Shown one piece after another: positions 1-9,946 of a DNA stretch of 64,000 bases. Position numbers and translations under genes: made by a program. The notes under the pieces are model-generated. The model had not been told where the DNA came from and searched no databases. It was given only the letters and a program-made list of their open reading frames with translations. Source of the stretch: a virus (Duplodnaviria > Caudoviricetes); the IMG/VR virus record IMGVR_UViG_3300042257_000094, positions 1 through 64,000 of that record; one strand, written 5' to 3'. Numbering within the stretch: position 1 is the first letter of the stretch; each line of letters begins with the position of its first letter.

Positions 1-1113
1 TCGTTTGTTGCATACAGCACATAAAGTACAGGCACTGTCAATATCGTTTTCAAATACTTTACATTTTGCAAAAGGATCAATATGATGTACTATTAAGTCT
101 TTATCCGATCCGCAAATAACACATAAATGGTTATCTCTATTTAAAACCAATTCCCTAAACTCTGTAGGAAATGAGCGAATATCTTTGTCAAAAGGGGTAT
201 GCCCGGCAGGGTATTTATATTTATTAAAAATAGGACACTGTTTTTTACAATTTTCTGAGCAATACAAGCGACACTCTCCGGTCATGCCTCCATTAAGAGC
301 CTGAACCCTATTTTGAACTTCTCTGTTGGTAGGAATAAAATAATTTCCGCATAAGGAGCATTTAACTTCTAAAAAACCTTCCACCGTTTCTCTAGCACAT
401 TCATCAATAGTTAACTGGTGACCGTACGTACCAAATAAAGAAAAAGAGGAGTACCAAGCACCATTCTTTTTAAGAAATAACTCAGTATTTTCAGCATAGT
501 ATAATCTACTTCTTAAATTGGTACATTTTTTACACTGAGCACGATGATTATTTACTCCTAGAGTGCTGGTATGAAAAGACTCCCATTTTTTAAATTTACC
601 GCATACTGCGCACTCGCGTCCTTCTTCGGTTATTATAAACTCCTTTTTCTTTTTTGATCCTTGCTTTTCGCGTACACAATTTTTACAAAGGGATTTATGG
701 CCGGTTTTTGTATTATTTCTTATTGAAAAATTATTCCAAGGCAGAAATTGACCGCAATGAGTACATTCTCTTCCGTATTCATCCGTTCTGAATTTTTTTC
801 TTCTTTTCTCCTTGCCCCCGTTACATACCCGACAACGCGCCTTATATCCGGTTTTAGCAGCCTTTTGTTTATCAAAAGATTCCCATAATTTAAACTTCCC
901 GCAACAAGCACACTCACGTCCTTCTTCAGTTATTATATGTTTTTTACGTTCAATAGCTCCTTTTCTTTCTCTAGTACAATCTTTACATACAGGAGTTATT
1001 CCGAAACGCATACCTTTGTTTTTAGCAAACTCACTAAATGATTTATATTTATTACAAGCAGCACACTCCCTGCCTTTAGCATCATAATATAACCCATTTC
1101 TTAGATACGACAT
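1..1113 (-). CDS. HNH endonuclease with four tandem N-terminal CxxC..CxxC zinc-finger modules (runs off window start; not in ORF track)
   Basis: Manual translation from ATG at 1113 (MSYLRNGLYYDAKGRECAACNKYK...) is open to position 1; four GRECxxC..F....CxxC modules, then LEVKCSLC..RLYCSENCK..FRELVLNRDNHLCVICG..LIVHHIDP; paralogous to 29098..29883 and 46534..47493. Confidence 0.85.
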   Translation of the reverse strand, partial: MSYLRNGLYYDAKGRECAACNKYKSFSEFAKNKGMRFGITPVCKDCTRERKGAIERKKHIITEEGRECACCGKFKLWESFDKQKAAKTGYKARCRVCNGGKEKRRKKFRTDEYGRECTHCGQFLPWNNFSIRNNTKTGHKSLCKNCVREKQGSKKKKEFIITEEGRECAVCGKFKKWESFHTSTLGVNNHRAQCKKCTNLRSRLYYAENTELFLKKNGAWYSSFSLFGTYGHQLTIDECARETVEGFLEVKCSLCGNYFIPTNREVQNRVQALNGGMTGECRLYCSENCKKQCPIFNKYKYPAGHTPFDKDIRSFPTEFRELVLNRDNHLCVICGSDKDLIVHHIDPFAKCKVFENDIDSACTLCAVCNKR

Positions 1114-1262
1114 ATTACCTCACTTTATTTTCCTATTCCTAACAATTTAAACTAAAATAGAACTTCCATTAAAATCTCCGGCGTTATTGTGTTTTGCTGA
1201 AACTATATAAAAACTTATGCATCATATCAACAAATAAAACAAAAGTCAAGTTAATATGTAAT

Positions 1263-3890
1263 CTAATCTTTTATTCTCCAAATACCGTTTTCATCCCTAT
1301 CCCATACTTTTAAATCATACCACGACATATTGGGTTCTGGAGTCATCTCTACTTCGACTGCTAGTTTCTTTTTAAGAAAAGGAAATTGTTTGAACGTCCA
1401 ATCGGTCATGCCGTATTCCACTAAATCAAGGAAGTCTTGCTTTTCATCAGTATAAATTGAGCCTATATTAGAATCATGCACTTGCATCATTAATCTAGAA
1501 CGCATTTTATTTTTTCTTGCCTGTTCATTAATATAACAGGCTGAGGTCAGAAGAACAAAAGCTCCTGCGTTTTGAGAGGGGGAGTTCAGACATTTATTCT
1601 TACTCATTAGTCCTCTTCTTCGATAGCCAGAAGGAGTCTCAACATACCCGTTTTTCAAATAAATGTCAATAACTTTATTCTGATATTCTCGCCAAACTTT
1701 AAATTTATCCCAATATTCTTCTTCTTTCTCTTCCCAATAGTTAATAAAATCTCTTTCAGTTTTTATTCCGTTTATTCTGAGATGTTCTGCAAGAGTAATA
1801 TCATCTCCAGTAAGCACCTCGTTGTTAGTTAACCATTCCCATGTTTTCTTAGCACAAGCCCAATAATTAGACCCGTAAGCTTGTGCGAAGGAAATACCAC
1901 TCTTTGAAAAGTTACGAATCTGTTTCGATACTTGATCTGGATGAAAATCAAACCAAAACTGCGTAAACTCACTATGACAATCCACTTTCGGGTCATCTAG
2001 CATGTGCATAAAAACCGGATCATTACAAATAAATGCCAACAACCAAAGTTCAAGGGCGCTGTAATCTATCTCAGCAAAATGACAATCCTTATCCGCAATA
2101 ATCCCTCTCCTAATTGTTTTCTTTTGCAGAGGGTCGTGTTTGGATATATTTTGTAGATTGGGGTTGTTACATGACGTGCGCATTGTTTTGAGCATTACCA
2201 TGAATGAAGGATGCACTCTACCATCAACCTCAAGACGTTCAAATTGAGCTATATAGGTATTTACAATTTTATCCAATTTTCGCATCTCAAGAAGTTTCTC
2301 AGCACATTCACCTTTGAGTTCGTGCATTACTTCTTTATCTACTGAAACTTCGCCTTTTGCGGTTTCTTTTATCACTTCATGGTTACCATATTCAAAAAAT
2401 AACTTTCTAAGATCAGGAGAAGACCCATAATTAGGCTCTCGTCCCTCTTTAGCAACAAAGGAACGAACTTCTTTCGTTCTTGACATATCTAACAGTAAGG
2501 CATCATATTTTTCTTGAAGTTCGCTCTTGACTCCACGAAAGTATTCCATATCAACACACACGCCTTCTGCATGATAACGAGCCATCTCCTTTGCTATCTT
2601 GTTATACCACCACATGGCTTCTCTAGGAGAAAAATTCCTCTTAGAATCGCACTTAAAATAATGATATTGCTCTGCAAAAATGTAAGCATTAAGCAAAGCA
2701 TCTAAGCCGTTATAAAGAAGAAGTTTGTTAAGAGGAAACTCATGGATATAGTTCAATCCATTTTCTTGTTTTCGCTCAAAATAACTTTTAGCTTCTGAGC
2801 CATACCCTTTTTGTCCCTCATACATAAGAGCAAGATGCTTCAAACCTCTTGTTCCGGGAGTGCAATTCATTTGATTAGCAACAACCATCGAATCCCAATA
2901 ATACCCTTGAGTGTCGGTTTCAAATCCGACCAACTCCCAAGAATATTCAAGATTGATATTATGTGCTACCTTATTTATTTTTTCATTGTTAAGATATTCA
3001 ATCCACAGTTGTTTTATATGCTTCTGTTGATCTTCTGTAAAATGGTTTTGTCTTTGATAGGGAAAAGCGTAGGCTACTTGCGTTTCTCTATTATAATCGG
3101 ATATATCATAAATAGGAGCAAAAGCAATAGTTTCTATGCGAGAACCTTCTATAAAAATATCCGTCCCAGTTCCTTCGTAGTCATGGCAGCACCACTTAGG
3201 AGGATTTGTTTTTAATTCAGTTAAAGCATTTACGATCTCTTCATAGTCATACAAGCAATTAACTTTTGTTTTATGTTCTATCTCTTTCTTTACAGGCGTA
3301 TTAATATTTTTAGCAAAAAACTCAAGGTCTTTTTTCCAAAGGGCTGTCCAGAAAACATCATCTTCATTTTGCAACGCTGCTACAGGATGATGAATTGCTA
3401 CTACATTACAGCCGTACTCATAACAAGGGATTAGAAAATCTCTAAAATTTTCCACACTTATTCCTGTCACTTGCTCAACGCCGTTCTTTTCTCCAAAAAT
3501 AGCGTAGAGGGAAAGCGTTCCTAGACAAAGGATAGTGGAAGGTTTAATTTTTTTAATAGTATTTCGGACGCGGTTTCTGCAAAAATCGACATTCTTTTTT
3601 AGTTTATGGTTTTCAGAAACAGAAGTCCTACACCCCAAAGCACTTGTTACAAAACAATCTTCATAAAGATCAATTCCTACTTTTTTAAGTTCCTGCTCAA
3701 AAAGTTTAGTTGCTCCACCAAGAAAAAGGTTATTGTTTTCGTCCTGTTCTTTAGTAGGAGCCTTGGTAAGAATAAGAATCTTTTTTTTGCCTTTGCCGAA
3801 AACCCCGATCTGAGGATTTTTTGACTCTTTATAAAGCCCACAATTTCCACAATCGGGGTTATTATTTTTTATTTGTGTGAAAAATCCCAT
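1263..3890 (-). CDS. polA: Family A DNA polymerase with N-terminal family-4 UDG-like domain and 3'-5' exonuclease (SPO1-like architecture)
   Basis: N-terminal CxxCxL Fe-S motif; exonuclease HDYEGTG and YNGLDA; NPNLQNI; motif A EIDYSALE, motif B RNFSKSGISFAQAYG, motif C QVHDS. Confidence 0.93.
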   Translation of the reverse strand: MGFFTQIKNNNPDCGNCGLYKESKNPQIGVFGKGKKKILILTKAPTKEQDENNNLFLGGATKLFEQELKKVGIDLYEDCFVTSALGCRTSVSENHKLKKNVDFCRNRVRNTIKKIKPSTILCLGTLSLYAIFGEKNGVEQVTGISVENFRDFLIPCYEYGCNVVAIHHPVAALQNEDDVFWTALWKKDLEFFAKNINTPVKKEIEHKTKVNCLYDYEEIVNALTELKTNPPKWCCHDYEGTGTDIFIEGSRIETIAFAPIYDISDYNRETQVAYAFPYQRQNHFTEDQQKHIKQLWIEYLNNEKINKVAHNINLEYSWELVGFETDTQGYYWDSMVVANQMNCTPGTRGLKHLALMYEGQKGYGSEAKSYFERKQENGLNYIHEFPLNKLLLYNGLDALLNAYIFAEQYHYFKCDSKRNFSPREAMWWYNKIAKEMARYHAEGVCVDMEYFRGVKSELQEKYDALLLDMSRTKEVRSFVAKEGREPNYGSSPDLRKLFFEYGNHEVIKETAKGEVSVDKEVMHELKGECAEKLLEMRKLDKIVNTYIAQFERLEVDGRVHPSFMVMLKTMRTSCNNPNLQNISKHDPLQKKTIRRGIIADKDCHFAEIDYSALELWLLAFICNDPVFMHMLDDPKVDCHSEFTQFWFDFHPDQVSKQIRNFSKSGISFAQAYGSNYWACAKKTWEWLTNNEVLTGDDITLAEHLRINGIKTERDFINYWEEKEEEYWDKFKVWREYQNKVIDIYLKNGYVETPSGYRRRGLMSKNKCLNSPSQNAGAFVLLTSACYINEQARKNKMRSRLMMQVHDSNIGSIYTDEKQDFLDLVEYGMTDWTFKQFPFLKKKLAVEVEMTPEPNMSWYDLKVWDRDENGIWRIKD

Positions 3891-4144
3891 GTTTGTTATC
3901 TATTCTTTTCCTTTCAAAGGTCTTATAACCAATTACAAGATCGTAAGGATTCATACGATCTCCATAACAATCATGTAACATATCTGTGTTCAACGGTAGT
4001 TCCATGTTTACAACATAGGTGAAATGTCAATCCTTTTTCCTCAAACGTCTCTGTCATTGCGCCCCTCCCTGCTAGATAAGGAAATTAAGTAATTCTTAAC
4101 GGTTCGAATTATTCGAAATTATCAAATAATTGCCTACGCGAAAC

Positions 4145-4393
4145 CTAGAAGTCCTCGGTTTCGCGGGCTTCCTCGTACTGTTCAGCGAGAGTCTGCTGCT
4201 CCTGATAGGTATCATTCAATTTCCAACGAAGGTTTTCGATTTCAAGCAAATCGGTTGCTTCAAACGGTCCCATCCGTTCTCCATTATACAGTTCAACGGG
4301 GTGCCTGCGAGAGTGTTTAGCATCGTAGACCCGCTTTTCGTCTTCAAAGTAGAGGCGGGCAATCGAAGCATTGTTGAAATAGTTGTTGGGCAT
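4145..4393 (-). CDS. hypothetical protein
   Basis: ORF with GAGG RBS in minus-strand gene run; locally higher GC. Confidence 0.55.
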   Translation of the reverse strand: MPNNYFNNASIARLYFEDEKRVYDAKHSRRHPVELYNGERMGPFEATDLLEIENLRWKLNDTYQEQQTLAEQYEEARETEDF

Positions 4394-4481
4394 CCTCTGA
4401 AAGTAGTTTCCTACCTATATCGGCGTCTTCTTTGTCCATCTAAATTTAGGCTTTGCCATGATTTCCTCCGATGCTTGCGGG

Positions 4482-4760
4482 TTAGTTGACAGGCGGGAAA
4501 CGTTCCCACTTTTCGGCTTCTGCCTTGCACTCTTCCTCAGTTTCCCAAAGGGCGAATCCTGAAAGGCCGTCGGAGTCGCGGTACAGTGACCACGGGCCGC
4601 CGTGTTTGTTAATGCGCTCCGGCCACATCAGATAGTTTCCTTGTGCCCCGACCGCCTCAAGCCGCAAGTAATCAAGTCCGAATGTGTCATATCCCTTGGA
4701 AAACATGATCGTTTCGTCGAGTCTCACGTTGTTGGTGTCTTGCCATATAAGCATGTTCAC
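4482..4760 (-). CDS. hypothetical protein
   Basis: ORF with AGGAG RBS. Confidence 0.6.
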   Translation of the reverse strand: MNMLIWQDTNNVRLDETIMFSKGYDTFGLDYLRLEAVGAQGNYLMWPERINKHGGPWSLYRDSDGLSGFALWETEEECKAEAEKWERFPPVN

Positions 4761-4818
4761 TCCTGTTCTTATGTTCCTATTTATTTTTTATTTGTTTGAA
4801 AAATCCCATGTTCGTTAT

Positions 4819-5061
4819 CTAATCTATATCCTTTTTGGTTGTATCAGCGGTCAAAATATCAACCATATCATTTTCAAATCGTTCAAACTGCTTATCGGTC
4901 CATTCGCCCCATCCGGTTTCATCGTCTTCTGGATCGTCGTCGGGACGCTCGGGATGCCCTTCGTAGAATGTCGCAATGGCAACTCCCAGAGAATCGCAAC
5001 CGGGGAGCATGTCCAGAAAAAGGAGCTTATTTACTATGGCCTCGGCTTCACTACGTGTCAT
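4819..5061 (-). CDS. hypothetical acidic protein
   Basis: ORF in operon; D/E-rich. Confidence 0.6.
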   Translation of the reverse strand: MTRSEAEAIVNKLLFLDMLPGCDSLGVAIATFYEGHPERPDDDPEDDETGWGEWTDKQFERFENDMVDILTADTTKKDID

Positions 5062-5086
5062 CTTCCACCTTTGATTGTATCAGTGG

Positions 5087-5362
5087 TTATTCGTGGATAA
5101 GTCCACGGAGGCATTTCTTCGACTCCTTTTCGCCCGCATACGTGGCACCATAAAAGATACCGGATTCGTTGATGTAGTAGCGAAGCTGCGGACGGAAGCA
5201 CGACATCCTTTTCTTAAATGGAAAAGATTTGAGATATTGATACCTGTCCACCTTGTCGCAAGACGGCCACGAAATCATGAACTCAGGAAAATTCCCATCA
5301 TCCTCGGAACCAAGGAAACGGCACTTGTGGCAGGACCGAGGGGGTGCTTTCTTCATTGTCAA
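5087..5362 (-). CDS. hypothetical Cys-containing protein
   Basis: AGGAG RBS; CxxC motif. Confidence 0.55.
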   Translation of the reverse strand: MTMKKAPPRSCHKCRFLGSEDDGNFPEFMISWPSCDKVDRYQYLKSFPFKKRMSCFRPQLRYYINESGIFYGATYAGEKESKKCLRGLIHE

Positions 5363-5377
5363 CTCCTTTCTGGTAGT

Positions 5378-5605
5378 CTAATTCTGTGGCTTTTCCGGTT
5401 TTTCGGCCTTATCGCCGTTAATTACCGAGTGTGCCCATTTTTGAAATCTATTAAACAAATCCTCATAACAATAAGGAAGGCAGTCTGTCATTTCATGTAA
5501 ACGATATATTTCATCTCTACCTTTCTTATATACAGAATGGTCATCACTCATCATATAAAACCAATCTGCGGTATCGAGAAGTTCGTAATATTCTTTAAGA
5601 GGCAT
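5378..5605 (-). CDS. hypothetical protein
   Basis: start overlaps stop of upstream gene. Confidence 0.65.
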   Translation of the reverse strand: MPLKEYYELLDTADWFYMMSDDHSVYKKGRDEIYRLHEMTDCLPYCYEDLFNRFQKWAHSVINGDKAEKPEKPQN

Positions 5606-6489
5606 TAGAAAATCCTATCAATAATAGAAGTAAGATAATCCTGTGTTACAATAAAATCTGGTTCTTTTTCTTTCTTAGCCTTCATACTATCAATAAATTG
5701 CATAAAATATGCAAAATCCACCCCAATAAGTTGATCTTCAAGGATATCAAGATCATTAAGATCAATTTCATTTAACTGAAAAATCATCTTTAGATATTGT
5801 CCTGCGTTAATGTGCCAACCTCGTTTAATAAATTTCCGAGTACGAATAATAGAACAAAGCGGGTATTCTGATCCTGAATAAAAAAGATGACCGCTTAAAA
5901 GAGATTCTAAAGCTGCTTTATTGGTTACGACTTTTCCTTCCCAAGAAGTCCAATAGTTGGTGCAGTGAATAAAGTCATATGTTTCATGGATTTCTTCAGG
6001 TTCCCCATAAAATCGAATAACACATTGTACTTTTCCGGAAAGAGTGATTGCATTTGGGGATAGGAAGATGGGTTTATATTTGATATCCTCTTCTTCCTCT
6101 AATCCACTTTCATCTGCTTCTTCCAAAACATCATACACATCTTCAAAAGAAGTTTGTAGATATCCGGTGTCATCTTCTGATGCTACTCCTTTAGATGGAA
6201 TAAAAATTAAAATACGGCCAGTATCCTCATCGGCCCTAACTTCTGCTTTATGTCCGGTGTTTTTATTAAAAATACTCACATAGTATTCAGCAAGAGCGAT
6301 TACTGTTTCTTTATTGCGAAAATATATATCAAAATCCTTTACAGGCTCCCCTTTAAGCATAGAAGCAATTGCGCCACCTGTCACAATAGTATTTTGTTTT
6401 ACAAGTTTTTTAACTTTACTATCTTTAATAGAGTCTGTCCATTCGTTAATCTTTTTCCGAATAACTTTTTGAATCGTTTTAGTATTCAT
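5605..6489 (-). CDS. putative nucleotidyltransferase (Pol-beta superfamily)
   Basis: GGAIASML..KDFDIYF matches the hG[GS]..DhD NTase signature. Confidence 0.6.
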   Translation of the reverse strand: MNTKTIQKVIRKKINEWTDSIKDSKVKKLVKQNTIVTGGAIASMLKGEPVKDFDIYFRNKETVIALAEYYVSIFNKNTGHKAEVRADEDTGRILIFIPSKGVASEDDTGYLQTSFEDVYDVLEEADESGLEEEEDIKYKPIFLSPNAITLSGKVQCVIRFYGEPEEIHETYDFIHCTNYWTSWEGKVVTNKAALESLLSGHLFYSGSEYPLCSIIRTRKFIKRGWHINAGQYLKMIFQLNEIDLNDLDILEDQLIGVDFAYFMQFIDSMKAKKEKEPDFIVTQDYLTSIIDRIF

Positions 6490-6756
6490 TCATACTCCCA
6501 TTTCTTTTTTAAGTTTATCTTCACCTCCAACCAACACAATCTGCCTTGCATGTTTCTCAGAACACTTACATACTTCCATCACTTTGTCAAGAACTTTTTT
6601 ATCAAGCTCCTGTTTTTGTTTTTTCACAAAGAAATCAGGCGGTGTGTATCGTTCTGACACAGCGTCAATAAATTGACTTGGTACACTATTCAATTTTTGC
6701 ACAAGTTGAAAGTGTTTTTTAGAAAGGGTACCAAGTCTTCGTTGATAAAAATTCAT
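6490..6756 (-). CDS. hypothetical protein
   Basis: abuts downstream gene; operon context. Confidence 0.6.
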   Translation of the reverse strand: MNFYQRRLGTLSKKHFQLVQKLNSVPSQFIDAVSERYTPPDFFVKKQKQELDKKVLDKVMEVCKCSEKHARQIVLVGGEDKLKKEMGV

Positions 6757-6760
6757 CCCC

Positions 6761-7000
6761 TTATTCCTGGACAGCTACCCAACCGTTATTCATGTACTTG
6801 TTCCTAACAATCTGTGGGGCCGCAAGAGCGTAGAAAGGCACAGAAAGTCCCATAGTAAACACTGCCAAAACAAGACTGATAAAGAAGTGGGAACAAACAT
6901 TGTGAACAATAAAATAAAGAGGTCCAAACAGAATCGCCCACAGAATTGCCAGATTATTAACCTCTACCTCATAATCATTTGCCGGATTCTTGAAAGTCAT
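6761..7000 (-). CDS. small membrane protein
   Basis: two hydrophobic segments (WAILFGPLYF.., FFISLVLAVFTMG). Confidence 0.65.
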   Translation of the reverse strand: MTFKNPANDYEVEVNNLAILWAILFGPLYFIVHNVCSHFFISLVLAVFTMGLSVPFYALAAPQIVRNKYMNNGWVAVQE

Positions 7001-7023
7001 TTTATTCTCCTTTGTTTGTGTTG

Positions 7024-7920
7024 TTATTTTACGAATTTAGGAGCAACGCCAACCACTCCCATAAGTTCCGTACACATGCCAATAAATGTAATTGCCTTAT
7101 CAACTACAGATCCAGAACTACCATACCATTCCGCAGTTGTCAAGGAAATTTCTGGTTTATTTTTATCTTTTGCATATTCTGTGATAAGATATCTATATAC
7201 ACTCTCAAAATCATTGCACTTTTCAGCAAACCTAAAAATAGAGACCAAATCACCGGATTCAATATATCCAACAACCTCTTTGTAATCAGACTGAAATTCT
7301 TTCTTATCTGAGAAAACAAACGTCCCTGTATGGGAACAATATTCAAGCATGTTAATACAGGATCGGATATCAGGATAAGTATGTTCAATCACAGAAAGAA
7401 TTTCTTTGTTTTCGTATTCAACTTCTTCTTTATCCAGAATATCCTTACAGAGTTTCAGTAGTTTCCTTTTTGGAAATTGCTCAAAATGAAACTTTGTGCA
7501 CCGACTTTTGATAGGTTCTGTGAATTTATGAATATTATTGCCTGTAAAAATGAATCTACAGGTCTTATGAAACTGCTCAATAGTATTCTTCAAAGCATCT
7601 TGTGCATCCGAAGTAAGCCCGTCTGCTTCATCAATAAACACAATATTCATGTTTTTGGACAGGGATGATGCAAAGGATGCAACCCTGCCTCTCATTGTTT
7701 CAATTCCCCTGTCCCTAGAACTACCGTTAAGTTCCAGAACGGTACAGGGGATAGTAGATGTTAAAATCCTAACAAGAGTTGTTTTACCCGATCCTGCCTG
7801 TCCGGTTAGAATCATATTAGGGATATCCTGTTTCTCAATAACAGATTTAAAATATTCCCTATATTCAGGAATAAGAGACATTTCCTCAAGAGATGCTGGC
7901 CGGTATTTATCGAACCACAT
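7024..7920 (-). CDS. clamp loader AAA+ subunit (RFC small subunit / T4 gp44-like)
   Basis: WFDKYRP, Walker A GQAGSGKTT, LELNGS, Walker B FIDEAD, SRC arginine finger, PDIR. Confidence 0.92.
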   Translation of the reverse strand: MWFDKYRPASLEEMSLIPEYREYFKSVIEKQDIPNMILTGQAGSGKTTLVRILTSTIPCTVLELNGSSRDRGIETMRGRVASFASSLSKNMNIVFIDEADGLTSDAQDALKNTIEQFHKTCRFIFTGNNIHKFTEPIKSRCTKFHFEQFPKRKLLKLCKDILDKEEVEYENKEILSVIEHTYPDIRSCINMLEYCSHTGTFVFSDKKEFQSDYKEVVGYIESGDLVSIFRFAEKCNDFESVYRYLITEYAKDKNKPEISLTTAEWYGSSGSVVDKAITFIGMCTELMGVVGVAPKFVK

Positions 7921-8028
7921 ACTACCCCGCTATCATTTAAAAAATCCAATTAAACAAAGTATACGCACCATAACAGAGTGTCTACGTAGCGAAAGTAATT
8001 CAGATAACAAGTAAAACCATCTGCATAA

Positions 8029-8373
8029 TTACCTTTTATTATTGGGCGCACTTTCTGCCGCATCAAATAAAACACCAACCTCTCGCATCAATTCATTCGA
8101 GCATAGCGCTTTAAGATCAGTTAAGGTATGGGGGGTAAAAGTAATATTGGCAGTAGGACCATAACAAGAACAGTGATTCATGTCGTGGATGTCGTATTTA
8201 TCACCGATACGCATGAGAAGTTTTCCACTGCCCTCGTACTCCCCACGACCATACCAGTACCAAACCTCCTCAATTTGATATTCTTCAAGGAAACAAATAT
8301 TTAATTTATTCAACTCACAGGAATCCCAATATTCAGAATCAACAGGCATCTTTTTAATTCTATGAATCTGCAT
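8029..8373 (-). CDS. hypothetical protein
   Basis: ORF in operon with HCSCYGP motif. Confidence 0.65.
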   Translation of the reverse strand: MQIHRIKKMPVDSEYWDSCELNKLNICFLEEYQIEEVWYWYGRGEYEGSGKLLMRIGDKYDIHDMNHCSCYGPTANITFTPHTLTDLKALCSNELMREVGVLFDAAESAPNNKR

Positions 8374-8380
8374 TATTTTA

Positions 8381-9049
8381 TTACCTCACATCAGCTTGAA
8401 TTGCAAAATACACATCCTCAGCCACAACAAGAAGCATATCTTTAAAATCCACGTTATCAGAGAACTTAATACACATTTCCTGTTGCTTCTTGATCACATT
8501 AGAAAAGGTTTCCTTCTTCACAGAGACACTCTCACCTTCCCTAAGTCGGGTTTCGATGTCATAACGAATAATATTTCCGGTTTCGTCACCTGATTTGATT
8601 CCTTTCTCATCAAATGTAACAATATCGGATTCACAAATTTTTAGCAGGTCTTGAATATACCCTTTATCTTCCTTGGTAATGTAACATCGCTTGGTAAAAT
8701 GTTGAAGAATAGAGAACGGGTCCACGTCAGCACTCGGCCGGGTTGCAATGTAATTAACGGAAATAGGCTTATATTTCAGAGTTCCCCTTCCTTTTAGAAC
8801 AAGCCTGTCAGAAACCGTCACATCAATTTCTTCTTGCTTATTAAGATACTTGATAATATCTCGTAGAGTCACACCAATCGGCTCTTCTTGTGTCCAGTAT
8901 TCATCGTAGATACCAAACACAACAAGATCATTATCGATAGCTGCAATAGAAAGATTCTCATCACGTTCATCAAATACAACCGTCATAATGCGATTGGTGA
9001 AATAGAATTTGTTAAGAAACGAAAGCAGTCCTTGAGCATCAATTTTCAT
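8381..9049 (-). CDS. probable DNA sliding clamp (gp45/PCNA-like)
   Basis: 222 aa, alternating alpha/beta pattern, near the clamp loader; inferred from size and context only. Confidence 0.45.
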   Translation of the reverse strand: MKIDAQGLLSFLNKFYFTNRIMTVVFDERDENLSIAAIDNDLVVFGIYDEYWTQEEPIGVTLRDIIKYLNKQEEIDVTVSDRLVLKGRGTLKYKPISVNYIATRPSADVDPFSILQHFTKRCYITKEDKGYIQDLLKICESDIVTFDEKGIKSGDETGNIIRYDIETRLREGESVSVKKETFSNVIKKQQEMCIKFSDNVDFKDMLLVVAEDVYFAIQADVR

Positions 9050-9946
9050 TTAAATTTCTCCTTTAAGAAGTTGTTCTTTGTACCACTCAGGAAGTCCTTT
9101 GATAGACTCTCTGAGGAGTTCTTTACCAAAAATATTCCAGAGAGCTTCTTTGATATTCTCTTTTTCTTCTTCTTTAATATCCTGTTGAATTTCTTTAATA
9201 AGGTTACCAATATCTTTCGGAGATTCAGTAAGTTCTCCTTTTTCTTTTAGATGTTGAACAGCTTTGTCCCACCTAGCAGGAGTCTTATACTGTTCACAAA
9301 AAGTTCCCCACTTTCCCTTTCCAGTGTTTTCCTTTTTCCAATTCTTTCCATGAACCTCTTTGAATTTTTCAGAAACATATTTACCGCACATAATAGGAAA
9401 ATACTGCCCACCAAGAAAATAGTCTTTATTATAATTCTTAACTACCACGCCCTCTACTTCAACCGATCCAAGATACGACTTCCTTTTAATAAGAGAAAGA
9501 ACTTCTTCTGGTGTAGTAATTCCTTTATAAATAAGAGGAACTACATCTACTTCTAGATTTTCTGCATATTTAGTAAGTGTCTCATAATCAGAAACAAATT
9601 CCCCACCTTTCATCATACCGAAAAGCGCAATATTGTTTTTTGGAGTACGATCATAACACAGAGTATTATGTTTTGGCTTATTGAGATATTCTCCCCAAAA
9701 TTGAATGTTATCAGGGAGGCTATCCGCAATGCTTCGGATATAATCTACCCCTTTCTGGAACATCTTTTCGGGAGCATCCATATTAATAATTTTTCCTTTC
9801 GACCTACAAACAACTTTCCCATCAATTTTACCAAAAGAAAATTGAGAACCATCCACCTTTTCGGTGATTTCAACCTCGCTTTCAAAAATAGATTGAATGC
9901 GTTTCTGTCCGAGTGCCCAAAGTTTCGGAAAAGAATTAAACTCCAT
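9050..9946 (-). CDS. ATP-dependent RNA ligase (Rnl2-like)
   Basis: motif I TEKVDGSQ, FWGEY, VPLIYKG, EGVVVK, KYVSEKFKE. Confidence 0.85.
   Translation of the reverse strand: MEFNSFPKLWALGQKRIQSIFESEVEITEKVDGSQFSFGKIDGKVVCRSKGKIINMDAPEKMFQKGVDYIRSIADSLPDNIQFWGEYLNKPKHNTLCYDRTPKNNIALFGMMKGGEFVSDYETLTKYAENLEVDVVPLIYKGITTPEEVLSLIKRKSYLGSVEVEGVVVKNYNKDYFLGGQYFPIMCGKYVSEKFKEVHGKNWKKENTGKGKWGTFCEQYKTPARWDKAVQHLKEKGELTESPKDIGNLIKEIQQDIKEEEKENIKEALWNIFGKELLRESIKGLPEWYKEQLLKGEI

Noticed and set aside
7925-8030. Integron attC-like site after 8029..8373
   Set aside because: No convincing RYYYAAC/GTTRRRY pair or bottom-strand hairpin; no integron integrase
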